Source of the DNA: an uncultured Chloroflexia bacterium | Lineage (GTDB): Bacteria > Chloroflexota > Anaerolineae > CG2-30-64-16 | NCBI GenBank assembly: GCA_963810095.1 | Contig: CAWEMM010000012.1 | Location: forward strand, 690,496-754,495 | DNA length: 64,000 bases | Reading direction: 5' to 3' | Part shown: one piece after another, positions 33,843-44,251 of the stretch | Layout of the letters: each line of letters opens with the position of its first letter | Numbering within the stretch: position 1 is the first letter of the stretch | Notes under the pieces: generated by a model | Databases searched by the model: none | The model's input: only the letters and a program-made list of their open reading frames with translations | What the model was told of the DNA's origin: nothing | Made by a program: the position numbers and the translations under genes

Positions 33843-34851
33843 TTACCCGCTCGCCGCCACGGCGGCTGCAAAGCGAGCGTTTGCTTCCCGGAGGCTGCTC
33901 TCGGCCTCCACACCGCGCGCCAGGGACCACGCCACCAGGTCGAACAGCGCCTGGCCCAGCACTTCGGGCGTCAGGGGCTCGCCGGGCCCCAGGTTCTCCA
34001 GCGGCGCCCAGGGGTGGGCGGGGGGCGTGCTCGCCCGCAGGCGCGGCTCGTCCGACTTTACGAGGCGCGACATGCGATCCAGGTACGACTCGGCCTGGGC
34101 CAATGCGGGCAAACCCTTGGGCACGCCCGACAGCGGCGATTTCTTCTCCGGCGTCGAGTCCGCCCCGCTCTTGGCCCGCTCGGCCGCCTTGATCGCCTCC
34201 CAGTTCGCCAGCACCTCATCCGTCCCGCTCACGGCCACCTCGCCGAACACATGCGGGTGGCGCCGGATCAGCTTCTCCACGATATGGCGCACGACCTCGG
34301 GGAAGCGGTAGTCGCCTTCCTCCGTCGCGATCTGCGCCTGGAGCGAGATCTGCAGGAGCAGGTCGCCCTCTTCCTCCAGCACCTTGTGGGGGTCGCCCTG
34401 ATCCAGCGCGTCGAGCAACTCGTAGGTCTCTTCGAGCAGGAAGGGGCGCAGCTTGTCCCACGTCAGTTCGCGATCCCACGGGCAGCCGTCCGGCGCGCGC
34501 AGCCGCGCAGAGATGTTCTGCAGCGCAGAGTAGGAGCCGGGATAAGGCAGGGGCGGCACATAGAGGGCCGTCGCGCCGAGACCGTCTGCCAGGTCCGAAA
34601 GCGGCACCGCCTGCGCCGCGCTCGCGCACGACCTGTACCCCGTGGCCGCCCGGATACGCTTGCAGCAACACCTGGCGGATGCGCGCAGCGTCGGCTCCGG
34701 ACAGATTCAGCACCAGGACCGGGCTGGAGGGGTCGAACAAGGGGTAGTACTGCTCTGCCAGCGCCGCAGCGTCGATCAACTGCAGGGTATCTAGCGACGG
34801 CGACCCCAGGAGCTCGAGCGCCGCCGTCACTTCACTCATTACAATGGTCAT
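33843..34851 (-). CDS. mazG: MazG nucleoside triphosphate pyrophosphohydrolase (YabN-like); frameshifted
   Basis: LRAPDGCPWDRE, EETYELLDA, EEEGDLLLQ, KLIRRHPHVFG, WEAIKAAE. Confidence 0.9.
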
Positions 34852-34941
34852 GCTTCACGCCTCCGGCCCCGATTATACTCGACGGCCCGGTCCCGACGAA
34901 TGAAGCGGCGAGTTCAAACACGGGATGCCGGCGCCCGTAGC

Positions 34942-35388
34942 TTAAGCACGCGCGTACTGAGCCAGAACGGCGATTTCCTCCTGCCCGTCCGGGGTGATGT
35001 TGAACATCCGCAGTAGGAAGGCGCCGCCCTCCGTGCCGAGCTCCAGGCGCCAGCCCCAGTCGGGCCCCGGCGGAGCGGCATAAGAGCCGCGCAGGGCGAC
35101 GAAACCGGCCGGGTCGATCGAGGCCTCGCACACCATGATGACCTCGCTCATGTGCCACGAGTCGAGCCAGGTGGCGACCACCGGCGTGGCGCCAAGAGAC
35201 GCCGGGAAAATGATGAGACCCTCCGCCGGCTCGTCCTCCACCTGCCAGGCATAGTCGATCGAGACGAAACGGTCGCGGGCAATCATGCGCACGGAGGCGG
35301 TTGATACACAGTCGTAGGTCTTGCCCTCGAGAAAAAGCCGGCTGGGTCCGGACCACTCGCCCAGCAGGGCTGAAAACGGTGAAGTCAT
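34942..35388 (-). CDS. DUF1579-like protein
   Basis: LGEWSG, WLDSWHM, GSYAAPPGPDWGWR. Confidence 0.65.
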   Translation of the reverse strand: MTSPFSALLGEWSGPSRLFLEGKTYDCVSTASVRMIARDRFVSIDYAWQVEDEPAEGLIIFPASLGATPVVATWLDSWHMSEVIMVCEASIDPAGFVALRGSYAAPPGPDWGWRLELGTEGGAFLLRMFNITPDGQEEIAVLAQYARA

Positions 35389-35430
35389 CGTTCCCTCTTT
35401 TCTTGTACCCCGTTCTTCTTCTGCATCGAG

Positions 35431-35715
35431 CTAGCCCACCTGGAGCCGCACGGTCACCGTCTCGCCGTTTTCCAGCCCCTCGGCCTTGCGGACGCTGTCC
35501 TTGAGCGGCACGATGTAGCTGCCGTCCTTGGGAAACAGGGCCGTCTCCCACTTGGTCTGGCCGATCTGCACGCGGGCCGGAATCATGCCCCAGCCATAGG
35601 TGAGGACCTTAAGCATGGCCTTCAGCGCGTCGCTCGGCTCGGCCGGCACGGTGACGAAGTAGAACGGGGCCGGGCCCCGCCAGTACCAAATCTCGCCGCT
35701 AAACTCGATATCCAT
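35431..35715 (-). CDS. DUF1905 family protein
   Basis: WRGPAPFYFV, GWGMIP, TALFPKDGSYIVPLK. Confidence 0.8.
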   Translation of the reverse strand: MDIEFSGEIWYWRGPAPFYFVTVPAEPSDALKAMLKVLTYGWGMIPARVQIGQTKWETALFPKDGSYIVPLKDSVRKAEGLENGETVTVRLQVG

Positions 35716-35787
35716 AATTGGAACCCCTGCCCTCATGGTAAAATGCGTCGGGGCATTGTACCACGGGAGGCTGCGCACCCTTGACCC

Positions 35788-35860
35788 TTCGCAGGGGGCG
35801 AGCCCGCCCCTGCATCTTATTGCCTTTGCTTATATTCGCAGGGGGCGAGCCCGCCCTGCA
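35788..35860. repeat. Two direct copies of a GGGGCGAGCCCGCCCC hairpin (family B variant)
   Basis: ttcgcagggggcgagcccgccc(c)tgca at 35788 and 35835. Confidence 0.8.
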
Positions 35861-36152
35861 CCCTGGCCGGGGGGCTTCGCAGACATGGCTTTTTGGCAGG
35901 GGCCCTCCGGCCCCCGCCGCCCCCGACGAGGGGCTTCGCCCCCTCGACCCCTAAAGGTTAAGGGGGCGCGGGGCTTTCGCCATAGAACGCAGTGTCTGGA
36001 CAGCCCTCTGGGCGTGTCAGCAACGACATTCCACGAACGTGGGTCTGTGGAGATATGCTTGTGGTGGCCCCATGGGTTTGGAGCCTGGACCGTTATCCGT
36101 CGAGACAAACGATTGGGGCGTAGCCTTTGGGGGTTTCGGGGGCAAGGCCCCC

Positions 36153-36395
36153 GAAGCGGGGGCGTTGGGGGCGAGCCCGCCCCCAACAGAAGAAAGCAGA
36201 AGCGGGGGCGTCGGGGGCGAGCACGCCCCCGACAGAAAGAAGAAAGATGAAGAGGGGCGTCGGGGGCGAGCCCGCCCCCGACAGAAAGAAAGAAGAAGAG
36301 GGGCGAGGGGGCGGGCCCGCCCCCCACAGAAGAAAGATGAAGAGGGGCGTCGGGGGCGAGCCCGCCCCCGACAGAAGAAAGATGAAGAGGGGGCG
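36153..36395 (+). repeat. Tandem array of five 44-50-bp units (REP-like hairpin + purine tract), family B
   Basis: gaag(a/c)ggggcgtcgggggcgagcccgcccccgacagaa(a)gaaagat repeated. Confidence 0.9.
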
Positions 36396-36508
36396 CCGGC
36401 CCGCACGCTGCGGGTGGCCCGCCCTGCTCCTTTGCGCTATAATCGGGCCAGTCCGTTGCAGGATCGAGCGGCTTCTCGGCCGCTCGCTTTCTTTGTGGGA
36501 GGTGAGCC

Positions 36509-37282
36509 ATGTATCCGCTTCCAGTCGCATTGCAGCTTTATTCGATCCGTGACATCCTCAGCCAGGGGTACGAGGCCGGCGTGCGTCGCGTCGCCCAGAT
36601 GGGCTATGCCGGCGTCGAAACGGCAGGCTTTCCGGGCACCACCCCCCAGGCTGCGGCCAAACTTTTCGGCGAGCTTGGCCTGACCGTTTGCTCGGCCCAC
36701 AGTGCGCTGCCCCTCGGCGACAAGAAGAACGAGGTGCTTGACACGATGGCGGCCATCGGCTGCAAGCGGATCGTCCTGGCCTGGCTCAATGAGGACCAGT
36801 TCACCAGCCTCGAGGGCATCTACCGTGCGGCAGACATGCTGAACGCGGGCGCGACAGTCGCACACGAGCACGGCCTGACCGTCGGCTACCACAACCACTG
36901 GCAGGAGTTCAACCTGGTCGAAGGCCGGCCCGCATACGAGCACATGCTGGAACGGCTCGACCCCGAGGTGTTTTGGGAACTGGACACCTACTGGGCCATG
37001 GTTGCCGAGCACCGGCCCGAAGATGTGATCGCCAAGCTGGGCCACCGGGCGTCCCTGCTGCACCTCAAGGACGGGCCCGGCACCCGGCAGGACCCCATGA
37101 GCGCGGTGGGCGACGGCGTGCAGGACTGGCCCCCGATCCTGGCCGCCGGCGAGCAGTATGCCGAGTGGCTCATCGTCGAAATTGATCGTGCGGCCGGCGA
37201 CATGATGACCGCCGTCGAGCGGAGCTACCGCTACATCTTGGCGAAAGGGTGGGGGCATGGCGCAGTCAGCGGCAGGGCTTAG
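36509..37282 (+). CDS. Sugar phosphate isomerase/epimerase (xylose isomerase-like TIM barrel)
   Basis: LQLYSIR, GYHNHWQEF, ELDTYW, LHLKDG, IVEID. Confidence 0.85.
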   Translation: MYPLPVALQLYSIRDILSQGYEAGVRRVAQMGYAGVETAGFPGTTPQAAAKLFGELGLTVCSAHSALPLGDKKNEVLDTMAAIGCKRIVLAWLNEDQFTSLEGIYRAADMLNAGATVAHEHGLTVGYHNHWQEFNLVEGRPAYEHMLERLDPEVFWELDTYWAMVAEHRPEDVIAKLGHRASLLHLKDGPGTRQDPMSAVGDGVQDWPPILAAGEQYAEWLIVEIDRAAGDMMTAVERSYRYILAKGWGHGAVSGRA

Positions 37283-38355
37283 GGTCGGCATCATCGGCTG
37301 CGGCAACATCAGCGGCATCTACATGAAGAACTGCCGGACGCTGCCCGGCCTCCAGTTGGTCGCCTGCGCCGACATGGTGCAAGAGCGGGCCGAGGCGAAG
37401 GCCCGGGAGCACGGCATCCACGCGCTGCCGGTCGACGCGCTGATCCAGAGCCCGGAGATCGACCTGGTCATCAACCTCACCATCCCCGGCGCGCACGGCG
37501 TGGTCGACGGCGCCGCGCTCGAAGCGGGCAAGCACGTCTACGCCGAGAAGCCGCTGGCCATCACCCGGGCCGACGGCGCGGCGATCCTGGCGCTGGCCGG
37601 CGCCAAGGGGCTGCGGGTGGGCAGCGCGCCCGACACGTTCCTCGGGTGCGGGGCTGCAGACCTGCGGCCGCCTCATCGACGAGGGCGTAATCGGCGAGCC
37701 GGTGGCTGCAGTCGCGTTCATGGCGGGCCACGGGCCCGAGAGCTGGCACCCCGACCCGGCCTTCTTCTACAGAAAGGGCGCGGGACCCATGTTCGATATG
37801 GGCCCGTATTACCTGACCGCACTCATCAGCATGCTCGGGCCGGTCGCCCGGGTTTCGGGCACTGCCCGCAAGTCCTTCCCCGAGCGGATCGCGACGAGCG
37901 AAGCCCGGCGGGGCGAACGGTTGCCGGTTGAGGTGTCGACGCACTACGCGGCCACATTGGACTTCGCGTCCGGCCCGGTGGCCACGCTGATGATGAGCTT
38001 CGACGTGTGGGCGCACAATCTTCCGCGCATCGAGGTTTACGGCTCGGAGGGCAGCTTGAGCGTGCCCGACCCGAACACCTTTGGCGGCGTCGTGCGCGTG
38101 AAGCTGGCGAAGGACGAAGCGTGGCGCGAGGTTCCGCTGACGCACCCGCACAGTGAGAACAGTCGCGGGCTGGGCGTCTCGGACATGGCGCTGGCGATTG
38201 TCGAGGGCCGGCCGCACCGGGCCAGCGGCGAGCTGGCGCTGCATGTCCTGGACCTGATGGAGTCCGTGCAGGAAGCGTCCGAGTCGGGGCAGTACGTGCA
38301 GGTAAGGACGACCTGTCCCCGGCCCGCCGCCATGCCCGACACGGTGGCAGGATAG
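37257..38355 (+). CDS. Gfo/Idh/MocA oxidoreductase; frameshifted
   Basis: GIIGCGNIS, YAEKP, GSAPDTFLG, GPESWHPDP, DMGPYY. Confidence 0.9.
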
Positions 38356-38412
38356 GGCTTGGAGAGCTCTCGCGTGTGGAACACGGGGGATTTGGAACAC
38401 GAAGGCGCGAAG

Positions 38413-39191
38413 GTGACTGAAGGCGCGCGCAGCGCGAAGGCCCGGCGCCGCACGACGCGGAGGCTGCCCCGCCCGAGGGTGCGAAGCGGGCCGGGCACAT
38501 CGGCACGCTGAACGAGAAGCCGTTGCACGCGGCGCTGAAGACCTGGTACGGCCGTGAGGGCGACCGGTTCGAGGTGCGCGTGGACGGCTTCTTTATCGAC
38601 ATCGTGCGGCCCCGGCCCGCCGGCGACGACCTGCTGGTCGAGATTCAGACGAAAAACCTCTTCGGACTGAAGCGCAAGCTGGCCCGGCTGACCGAGACGC
38701 ACGAGGTGCGGCTGGTCTACCCGATCGGGCAGGAAAAGTGGATCGTGCGGGTGGGCGACGGCGGCGAGATCGTCGGACGGCGGCGCTCGCCGAAGCGGAG
38801 CGGCGTGGAGACGGTGTTCGCCGAATTGGTCAGCTTCCCGAGGCTCTTGCAGCACCCGAACTTCACCCTCGAGGTGCTGCTGATCCAGGAGGAAGAGGTG
38901 CGGGTGCGCGACGAAACGGTGAACTGGCGGCGGCGGGGCTGGGCTACCAGCGAGCGGCGGCTGCTCGGCGTGCTGAGCTCGCACGTGTTCCAGCAGCCCG
39001 CCGACTTCCTCGCGCTCGTGCCCCCGGCCCTGCCCGACCCCTTCACGCCCGTCGAGCTCGCCCGGGCGCTCGACCGGCCGGCCTGGCTGGCCCGCCGGAT
39101 GACGTACTGCCTGAAGGAAATGGGCGTGCTGGCGCCGGCGGGGAAGCGGGGGAGAAGCAACCTGTTCGTGCGCAGCACGGCCCTGGTGTAG
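38413..39191 (+). CDS. Hypothetical PD-(D/E)xK-like nuclease-fold protein; start uncertain
   Basis: IGTLNEKPLHAALK, FIDIV..LVEIQT, C-terminal wHTH-like segment. Confidence 0.6.
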
Positions 39192-39239
39192 CCGGGCAAG
39201 CTCGACCGGGGTAGCTCGCGTTCAAATCGGGAGGCTCAG

Positions 39240-39701
39240 ATGGGAAACGAGAAATTGCTGGACAAGATCGCAGCGGCGTGGGCCGGGCTCCAGGCGTCCT
39301 ACGCGGGGCTGACCGCCGAGCAGATGCAGGAGCCGGGCGCGGCGGGCGAGTGGTCGGTGAAGGACACGCTGGCACACGTAACGACGTGGGAGCAGGAATC
39401 GCTGGACCACCTGCCCGTCATCGTGCGCGGGGAGCGTGCCCCGAGCTACAGCAAGTCCTATGGGGGGATCGACGCGTTCAACGCGCAGGCGATGGCGCGC
39501 AAGCGCGAGCTCTCGCTGGACGAAGTTTTGCGGCAGCTCGAAGACACGCACCGGCGGCTGGTCGAGTATATCGCGCTGTCGCCGGTGGAACAGTTCAACT
39601 CGAAATCGCGGGGCCGCCGCCGGCTCGGGTGGGACAGCTTCAAGCACTACCCCCACCACGAGCAGGCCATCCGCGAGTGGCGCGAACGGCAGGGATACTG
39701 A
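39240..39701 (+). CDS. DinB/DUF1706 family protein
   Basis: WSVKDTLAHVTTWE, HYPHH. Confidence 0.8.
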   Translation: MGNEKLLDKIAAAWAGLQASYAGLTAEQMQEPGAAGEWSVKDTLAHVTTWEQESLDHLPVIVRGERAPSYSKSYGGIDAFNAQAMARKRELSLDEVLRQLEDTHRRLVEYIALSPVEQFNSKSRGRRRLGWDSFKHYPHHEQAIREWRERQGY

Positions 39702-39712
39702 GGGGGCAAGCG

Positions 39713-40201
39713 ATGACCCGCTGGAACATGCCGCCCATCGCGAAAGTCTATGAAGCGTTGAGCGCACTGGCCGACGGCCGGGTGACGCAGACGAGCGAAA
39801 GCAGCGCCCAGGTGCTGTCGTCCGAGCGCGACAAGTCGTACACGGTGAAATGGACGGCGGAAGGCGCGACCGGTGGGCGCAGCATCACGTCGAACGACAA
39901 CGCGACGAAGTGGCAGGGGTACACCGGCTACCCCATCATCGCCGTGCTGCTGCAGACGGGGCAGCTGCCTTACGATCCCGCCATCTCCGCTGCGCTCGCC
40001 GGCGTGCCGTGGCATGCGCTGAACCAGCAGTACAAGCGCGACTACGACGCGGCGGTCGAGCACGTCCTGGCCGAGGTGCGGCAGCGGGGCGGGGATGACC
40101 GGGCCATTCGCGCCGAGGTCGAGCGCATCTACGCGGCATTGGGAGAACTGGCGCTGGAGCGACCGGAACCAAAACGAAGTGGGAGTCAGAAGGAGAAGTG
40201 A
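39713..40201 (+). CDS. Conserved hypothetical protein
   Basis: PPIAKVYEAL, SNDNATKWQGYTGYP; coding-type codon bias. Confidence 0.6.
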   Translation: MTRWNMPPIAKVYEALSALADGRVTQTSESSAQVLSSERDKSYTVKWTAEGATGGRSITSNDNATKWQGYTGYPIIAVLLQTGQLPYDPAISAALAGVPWHALNQQYKRDYDAAVEHVLAEVRQRGGDDRAIRAEVERIYAALGELALERPEPKRSGSQKEK

Positions 40202-40202
40202 T

Positions 40203-40586
40203 ATGAGTACTTACAAACCCGAGGGTTACACGAGCGTTGCGCCTTACCTGATCGTGGAGAACGCAGACCGGACAATCCGGTTCCTCATCCGGGCGTTCGG
40301 CGCCACCGAAATCCGGCGCATCCCCGACAGAACCGGCGGCATCAGACACGCCGAAGTCCGCATCGACGACTCGGTCGTCATGCTGGCCGACAAAGCGCCG
40401 GACTGGCCCGCAGTCGAGGCGCACGTGCATGTCTACGTCCCGGACGTGGATGCCACGTATCGCCGGGCGATCGAGGCGGGAGCGTTTCCTGTTCAGGAGC
40501 CGGTCAAGAAGGATGACCCGGACAAGCGCGGCGGGGTCAAGGATGCAGGCGGCACGACCTGGTGGATCGCGACAAAGGTCGAGTAG
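40203..40586 (+). CDS. VOC/glyoxalase (PhnB-like) protein
   Basis: YTSVAPYL, HAEVRIDDSVVML, YVPDVDATY, RGGVKDAGGTTWWI. Confidence 0.85.
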   Translation: MSTYKPEGYTSVAPYLIVENADRTIRFLIRAFGATEIRRIPDRTGGIRHAEVRIDDSVVMLADKAPDWPAVEAHVHVYVPDVDATYRRAIEAGAFPVQEPVKKDDPDKRGGVKDAGGTTWWIATKVE

Positions 40587-40590
40587 ATCG

Positions 40591-40665
40591 ATGCTGACCA
40601 TGCGCCCGGCGGATGAAGACGACCTGGCGGCGCTCTTTGCCCTGGACGAGGTCGCCCAGGGCTGA
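40591..40665 (+). pseudogene. Short GNAT-like N-terminal fragment ending beside a MITE
   Basis: MLTMRPADEDDLAAL..., stop just before the MITE target duplication. Confidence 0.4.
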
Positions 40666-40676
40666 TCTACGTCAAA

Positions 40677-40858
40677 GGGTGCGTTTTCGTTTGGGGGCCA
40701 AAGCATCCTGAGCGGAGGCGCCAGCGCAGCTGGCGTGCCGCAGTCGAAGGATGCTGCCCTCGCAGCGCAACGCCGCTCCGCATCCTTCGACTGCGCTACG
40801 TTTCACTCCGCTCCGCTCAGGATGCTCCGCTGAGCTTGCCCCACTCTGAAACGCGCCC
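40677..40858 (-). mobile_element. MITE family A, copy 2, with intact TIRs and 9-bp TSD
   Basis: TIR gggtgcgttt / aaacgcgccc; TSD tacgtcaaa at 40668-76 and 40859-67. Confidence 0.85.
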
Positions 40859-40962
40859 TACGTCAAATACCTCGCAGGTCACTGACGGCAACACCGTTTC
40901 GTGCTAAGCTTCACCTGTTCCTACCCATAAGGCACCGTGCCTCAGTCGTTCGAGGAGGAGCA

Positions 40963-41478
40963 ATGGGCGAGACAGGCGAGCTTTATCGCAGCGTGATGAT
41001 GACCGTGCTGATGACGCCCGACATGGCGAACTTTTCGGGCCATGTCCATGGGGGCGCCATCCTCCGGCTGATGGACCAGGCGGCTTACGCCTGCGCGGCC
41101 CGCTACTCGGGCAGCTACGTCGTCACGGTCTCGGTCGACCAGGTGACCTTCCGGCAGCCGGTATACGTGGGCGAACTGCTGACCTTCCAGGCGTCGATCA
41201 ACTACACGGGGACCACGTCGATGGAGGTTGGCATCCGGGCCGAGGCGGAGAACATCCGCCTGCGCACGTCGCGCCACGTACTAACGTGCTACCTGACCAT
41301 GGTTGCCGTAGACGAGGAAGGCAAGCCCGCCCGAGTGCCCACCGTCCCGGTCGACACTCCGACCGAGCACCGCCGGTGGGCCGCCGCACAGCTCCGCCGG
41401 ACGTTCCGCAAGGAGATCGAAGAGCGCAGCCTGGAAATCCGCCAGCACCCGGAGGAACTGCTGGAGCGCGAAGGGTAG
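40963..41478 (+). CDS. Acyl-CoA thioesterase (hotdog, YciA-like)
   Basis: NFSGHVHGG..MDQ, VTVSVD, TSMEVGI. Confidence 0.9.
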   Translation: MGETGELYRSVMMTVLMTPDMANFSGHVHGGAILRLMDQAAYACAARYSGSYVVTVSVDQVTFRQPVYVGELLTFQASINYTGTTSMEVGIRAEAENIRLRTSRHVLTCYLTMVAVDEEGKPARVPTVPVDTPTEHRRWAAAQLRRTFRKEIEERSLEIRQHPEELLEREG

Positions 41479-41493
41479 GCCGGCCGTTTCGCC

Positions 41494-42598
41494 TTAGTTC
41501 AGATGCCCTTCCCGCTGATACCGGGCAAATAGCTGCCCCCACTCCGTCTCGGCGCGCCAGTGCTCGTACACGTGCTTCTCCTTGAGCGGCCAGTGCACGT
41601 AGTCGTGCTCCACCTCTGACACGAGCGTCGGGATCGCGACGACCGGCGTGTGGAACACCAGGTGCTGCAGGAACTTGAGCGGCCCGAACCACCCCAGCCA
41701 GGCCAGGAACAGGTGGAAGCTCTTGCCCACCTCGAAATGCCAGTTCACCCCCGACACGTCGTCGCCCACGACTTCGATCTCCCGCACGTCGCCGCAGCCC
41801 AGCCCCGCCTCGTGCGCCATCCGGATGTACGGGATGGTCAGCGGGTCGAAGCCCATCATCTTTGCCGACAGTGCGTCGATGGCAACCTGGTCGGCCGAGC
41901 CGAGGATCACGTTCTTGATCTCCGGCTTGACGATGCGCGGCCCCGGCCCGTTGCCGGCCGTGGTCCCGTCCATAAACGCGAAGATGCCGGGGTGGATCTC
42001 CTGCTGGATGGCGAGCAGGTCGACCAGTGTCTCGTGGATCCACGTATGGGTGTAGTGCCTGTGATGGTTCAGCAGGCCCCCGAACGCGTTCTTCATCGCG
42101 CCGGTCGTCGTGGTGTAGATGTGGCACTTGACCGTGGGGAGGTGGACGATGTTGCGGCCGCAGAAGTAGTCGGGGATGCGGATGCCCTCGGGAAACACCC
42201 GGTCGAGCGCCAGCATCTTTGCCTTCGGCCGGAACGGCACCCACTTCATGTCCTCATCCCGAAAGTTGTACTTGACCGGGATGTCGTAGTGCCGGCAAAT
42301 GGGCATGTAGCCGTTGAGGTCCTCGCCCTTGAACGCGTTGGTGACCACGGTCTTGTTCTGCACGCACACCAGGTCGTCAAACCCGGCGCCCTGCAGCGCC
42401 AGGATGGTCCCTTCCAGCTGCCAGGGCGTCGTGTTCGCGCCGGGCATGGGGTAGTGCCAGGAGATATTGTCCTTAAGAATGGTGGTCGCCTGCTTGTCGA
42501 GGCTGGCGGGACCGCCTGCCAGCTCGAACAGGCGCCGGTAGTCTTCGAGAATCAGTGCCGGGCCGCGTGTAGAGGACGGCCACCTTGGTGCTTGTCAT
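41494..42598 (-). CDS. DUF362 domain protein; frameshifted
   Basis: LKDNISWH, TTPWQLEG, LPTVKCH..TGAMKNAFG, GNGPGP, DQVAIDA. Confidence 0.8.
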
Positions 42599-42640
42599 CA
42601 CTCGACTCCCTCATGCGCCCGGGCGGCGGGCAGTGCGTTC

Positions 42641-43669
42641 CTACCAGGCCCGCTGGTACTGGAACGGGATTTCGACCGCCTGCCCCAACTGCCTGGCGGC
42701 CTGCAAGGGCCAGTAGGGATTTCGCAGCGATGCCCGGGCGATCAGCACCGCGTCGGCCTTGCCCTCCCGGATCACCGCATCGGCGTGGGCCGCATCCGTG
42801 ATGAGCCCCACCGCTGCGGTGGGCACGCCGGCCTCGCGGCGGATGCGCTCGGCAAAGGGCACCTGGTAGCCCGGGCCCAGCTGGATCTGCTGGGCCGCCG
42901 AAAGCCCGCCCGACGACGTATCGACCAGGTCGACGCCCAGGGGCGCGAGCATCCTTGCCAGCTCCACGCTCTCGTCGATGTCCCAGCCGCCCTCGATCCA
43001 GTCCGTCGCGCTGATGCGGACCAGCAAGGGGAGCCCTTCGGGCATGGCCTCCCGGACGACCTCGACGACCCGCCGCAGCAAGCGGCTGCGGTTGTCCAGG
43101 CTGCCGCCGTACTCGTCGGTCCGCCGGTTAGACAGCGGGGAGAGGAACTCGTGCATCAGGTAGCCGTGGGCAGCGTGCAGCTCGATCCCCTGGAACCCCG
43201 CCGCCATCGAGTAGCGAGCCGACCGCCCGAACCCACTCACGACCGCTTCGATCTCGGCCGGGCCCATGGCTTCGGGCACGGGCATCTTCTCGAAGGCGAT
43301 GGCGCTCGGCGCGATGGCGCCGGGCACGCCTGCCTTGCGGCCCGCATGCGCGAGCTGGATCACCGGGACCGCGCCGTGCTCGGCCATGAACGCGACGATC
43401 GGGGCCAGTGCGACCGCCTGCTCCTCGTTCCACAGGCCCAGGTCGCGCGCGCTGATGCGGCCGCGCGCCTCGACGGCCGTGGCCTCGACGATGATCAGGC
43501 CCGCGCCGCCCACGGCCCGGCTGCCCAGGTGCACCATGTGCCAGGGTGTCGCGATCCCGTCCTCGGCGAAGACCGAGTACTGGCACATCGGCGAAATCCA
43601 GATGCGGTTGCGGGCGGTCACGTCGCGCAGCTGAATCGGCGAGAAGAGATGAACGTCGTTGTCAGGCAT
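42641..43669 (-). CDS. NADH:flavin oxidoreductase (Old Yellow Enzyme, YqjM/NamA type)
   Basis: SPMCQYS, QLAHAGRK, HAAHGYL, RTDEYGGS, VRISATDW, PGYQVPFA. Confidence 0.9.
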   Translation of the reverse strand: MPDNDVHLFSPIQLRDVTARNRIWISPMCQYSVFAEDGIATPWHMVHLGSRAVGGAGLIIVEATAVEARGRISARDLGLWNEEQAVALAPIVAFMAEHGAVPVIQLAHAGRKAGVPGAIAPSAIAFEKMPVPEAMGPAEIEAVVSGFGRSARYSMAAGFQGIELHAAHGYLMHEFLSPLSNRRTDEYGGSLDNRSRLLRRVVEVVREAMPEGLPLLVRISATDWIEGGWDIDESVELARMLAPLGVDLVDTSSGGLSAAQQIQLGPGYQVPFAERIRREAGVPTAAVGLITDAAHADAVIREGKADAVLIARASLRNPYWPLQAARQLGQAVEIPFQYQRAW

Positions 43670-44033
43670 TAGGTCTCACTTCCTCTTGGTCCCAGGCTTC
43701 CTGCAGCCAGGCCCGCACCTCGGCATCGACCTCGTGCGGCGCCCAAAGTTCGAGGTGGTGGGTGAAGCGTCGGGGTGCTGCCTCGTAGATCTGCTTCCAG
43801 CGCTGCCAGGGCCGCCGCTCACGGAATGAGAGCGTCAGGACGAGCGGCGCACCCTCTCGGCGCAGGTAGATTTCCGGAATCCAGACCCACGCAAACGGCT
43901 TGCCGTGCACCAGGGCGATCTGGCTCTTCGTCACGCGCAGGTCGACCGGGCCGAGCGCGCGGGCGGCGAGCAGTACCTCGTCAAAGATGCGCTTCGACCG
44001 GTCGCGACCGGCGAAAAACTCGGCAACGTCCAT
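43662..44033 (-). CDS. DUF5655-like protein
   Basis: VTKSQIAL, RFTHHLEL..EVDAEVRAWLQEAW. Confidence 0.65.
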   Translation of the reverse strand: MDVAEFFAGRDRSKRIFDEVLLAARALGPVDLRVTKSQIALVHGKPFAWVWIPEIYLRREGAPLVLTLSFRERRPWQRWKQIYEAAPRRFTHHLELWAPHEVDAEVRAWLQEAWDQEEVRPNA

Positions 44034-44086
44034 GCCTGTTTATAGTGCCGGCCGGCCGAAAAAGCAAGGTGGGCGGCTCTTTGGCC

Positions 44087-44198
44087 GGGCGGGTTTCAGA
44101 GTGGGGGCAAGGTCAGCGGAGCATCCTTCGACTGCGGCACGCCAGCTGCGCTGGCGCCTCCGCTCAGGATGCTTTCGCCCCCAAACTGAAACGCACCC
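44087..44198 (+). mobile_element. MITE family A, copy 3 (internal deletion)
   Basis: Same ends; central ~70 bp lost between two gcatcct direct repeats. Confidence 0.8.
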
Positions 44199-44251
44199 GC
44201 TTTTGGGGGGTATTCCTGCTGCACCGGCGAGAGCAACATCCCGGGCTGCAC

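Noticed and set aside
36153-36395. CRISPR array
   Set aside because: The 'spacers' are short, near-identical GA tracts, and there are no cas genes or leader
35830-36683. Repetitive ORFs across the tandem array (e.g. 35830..36510 -, 36039..36683 +)
   Set aside because: Translations of non-coding repeats, open in several frames
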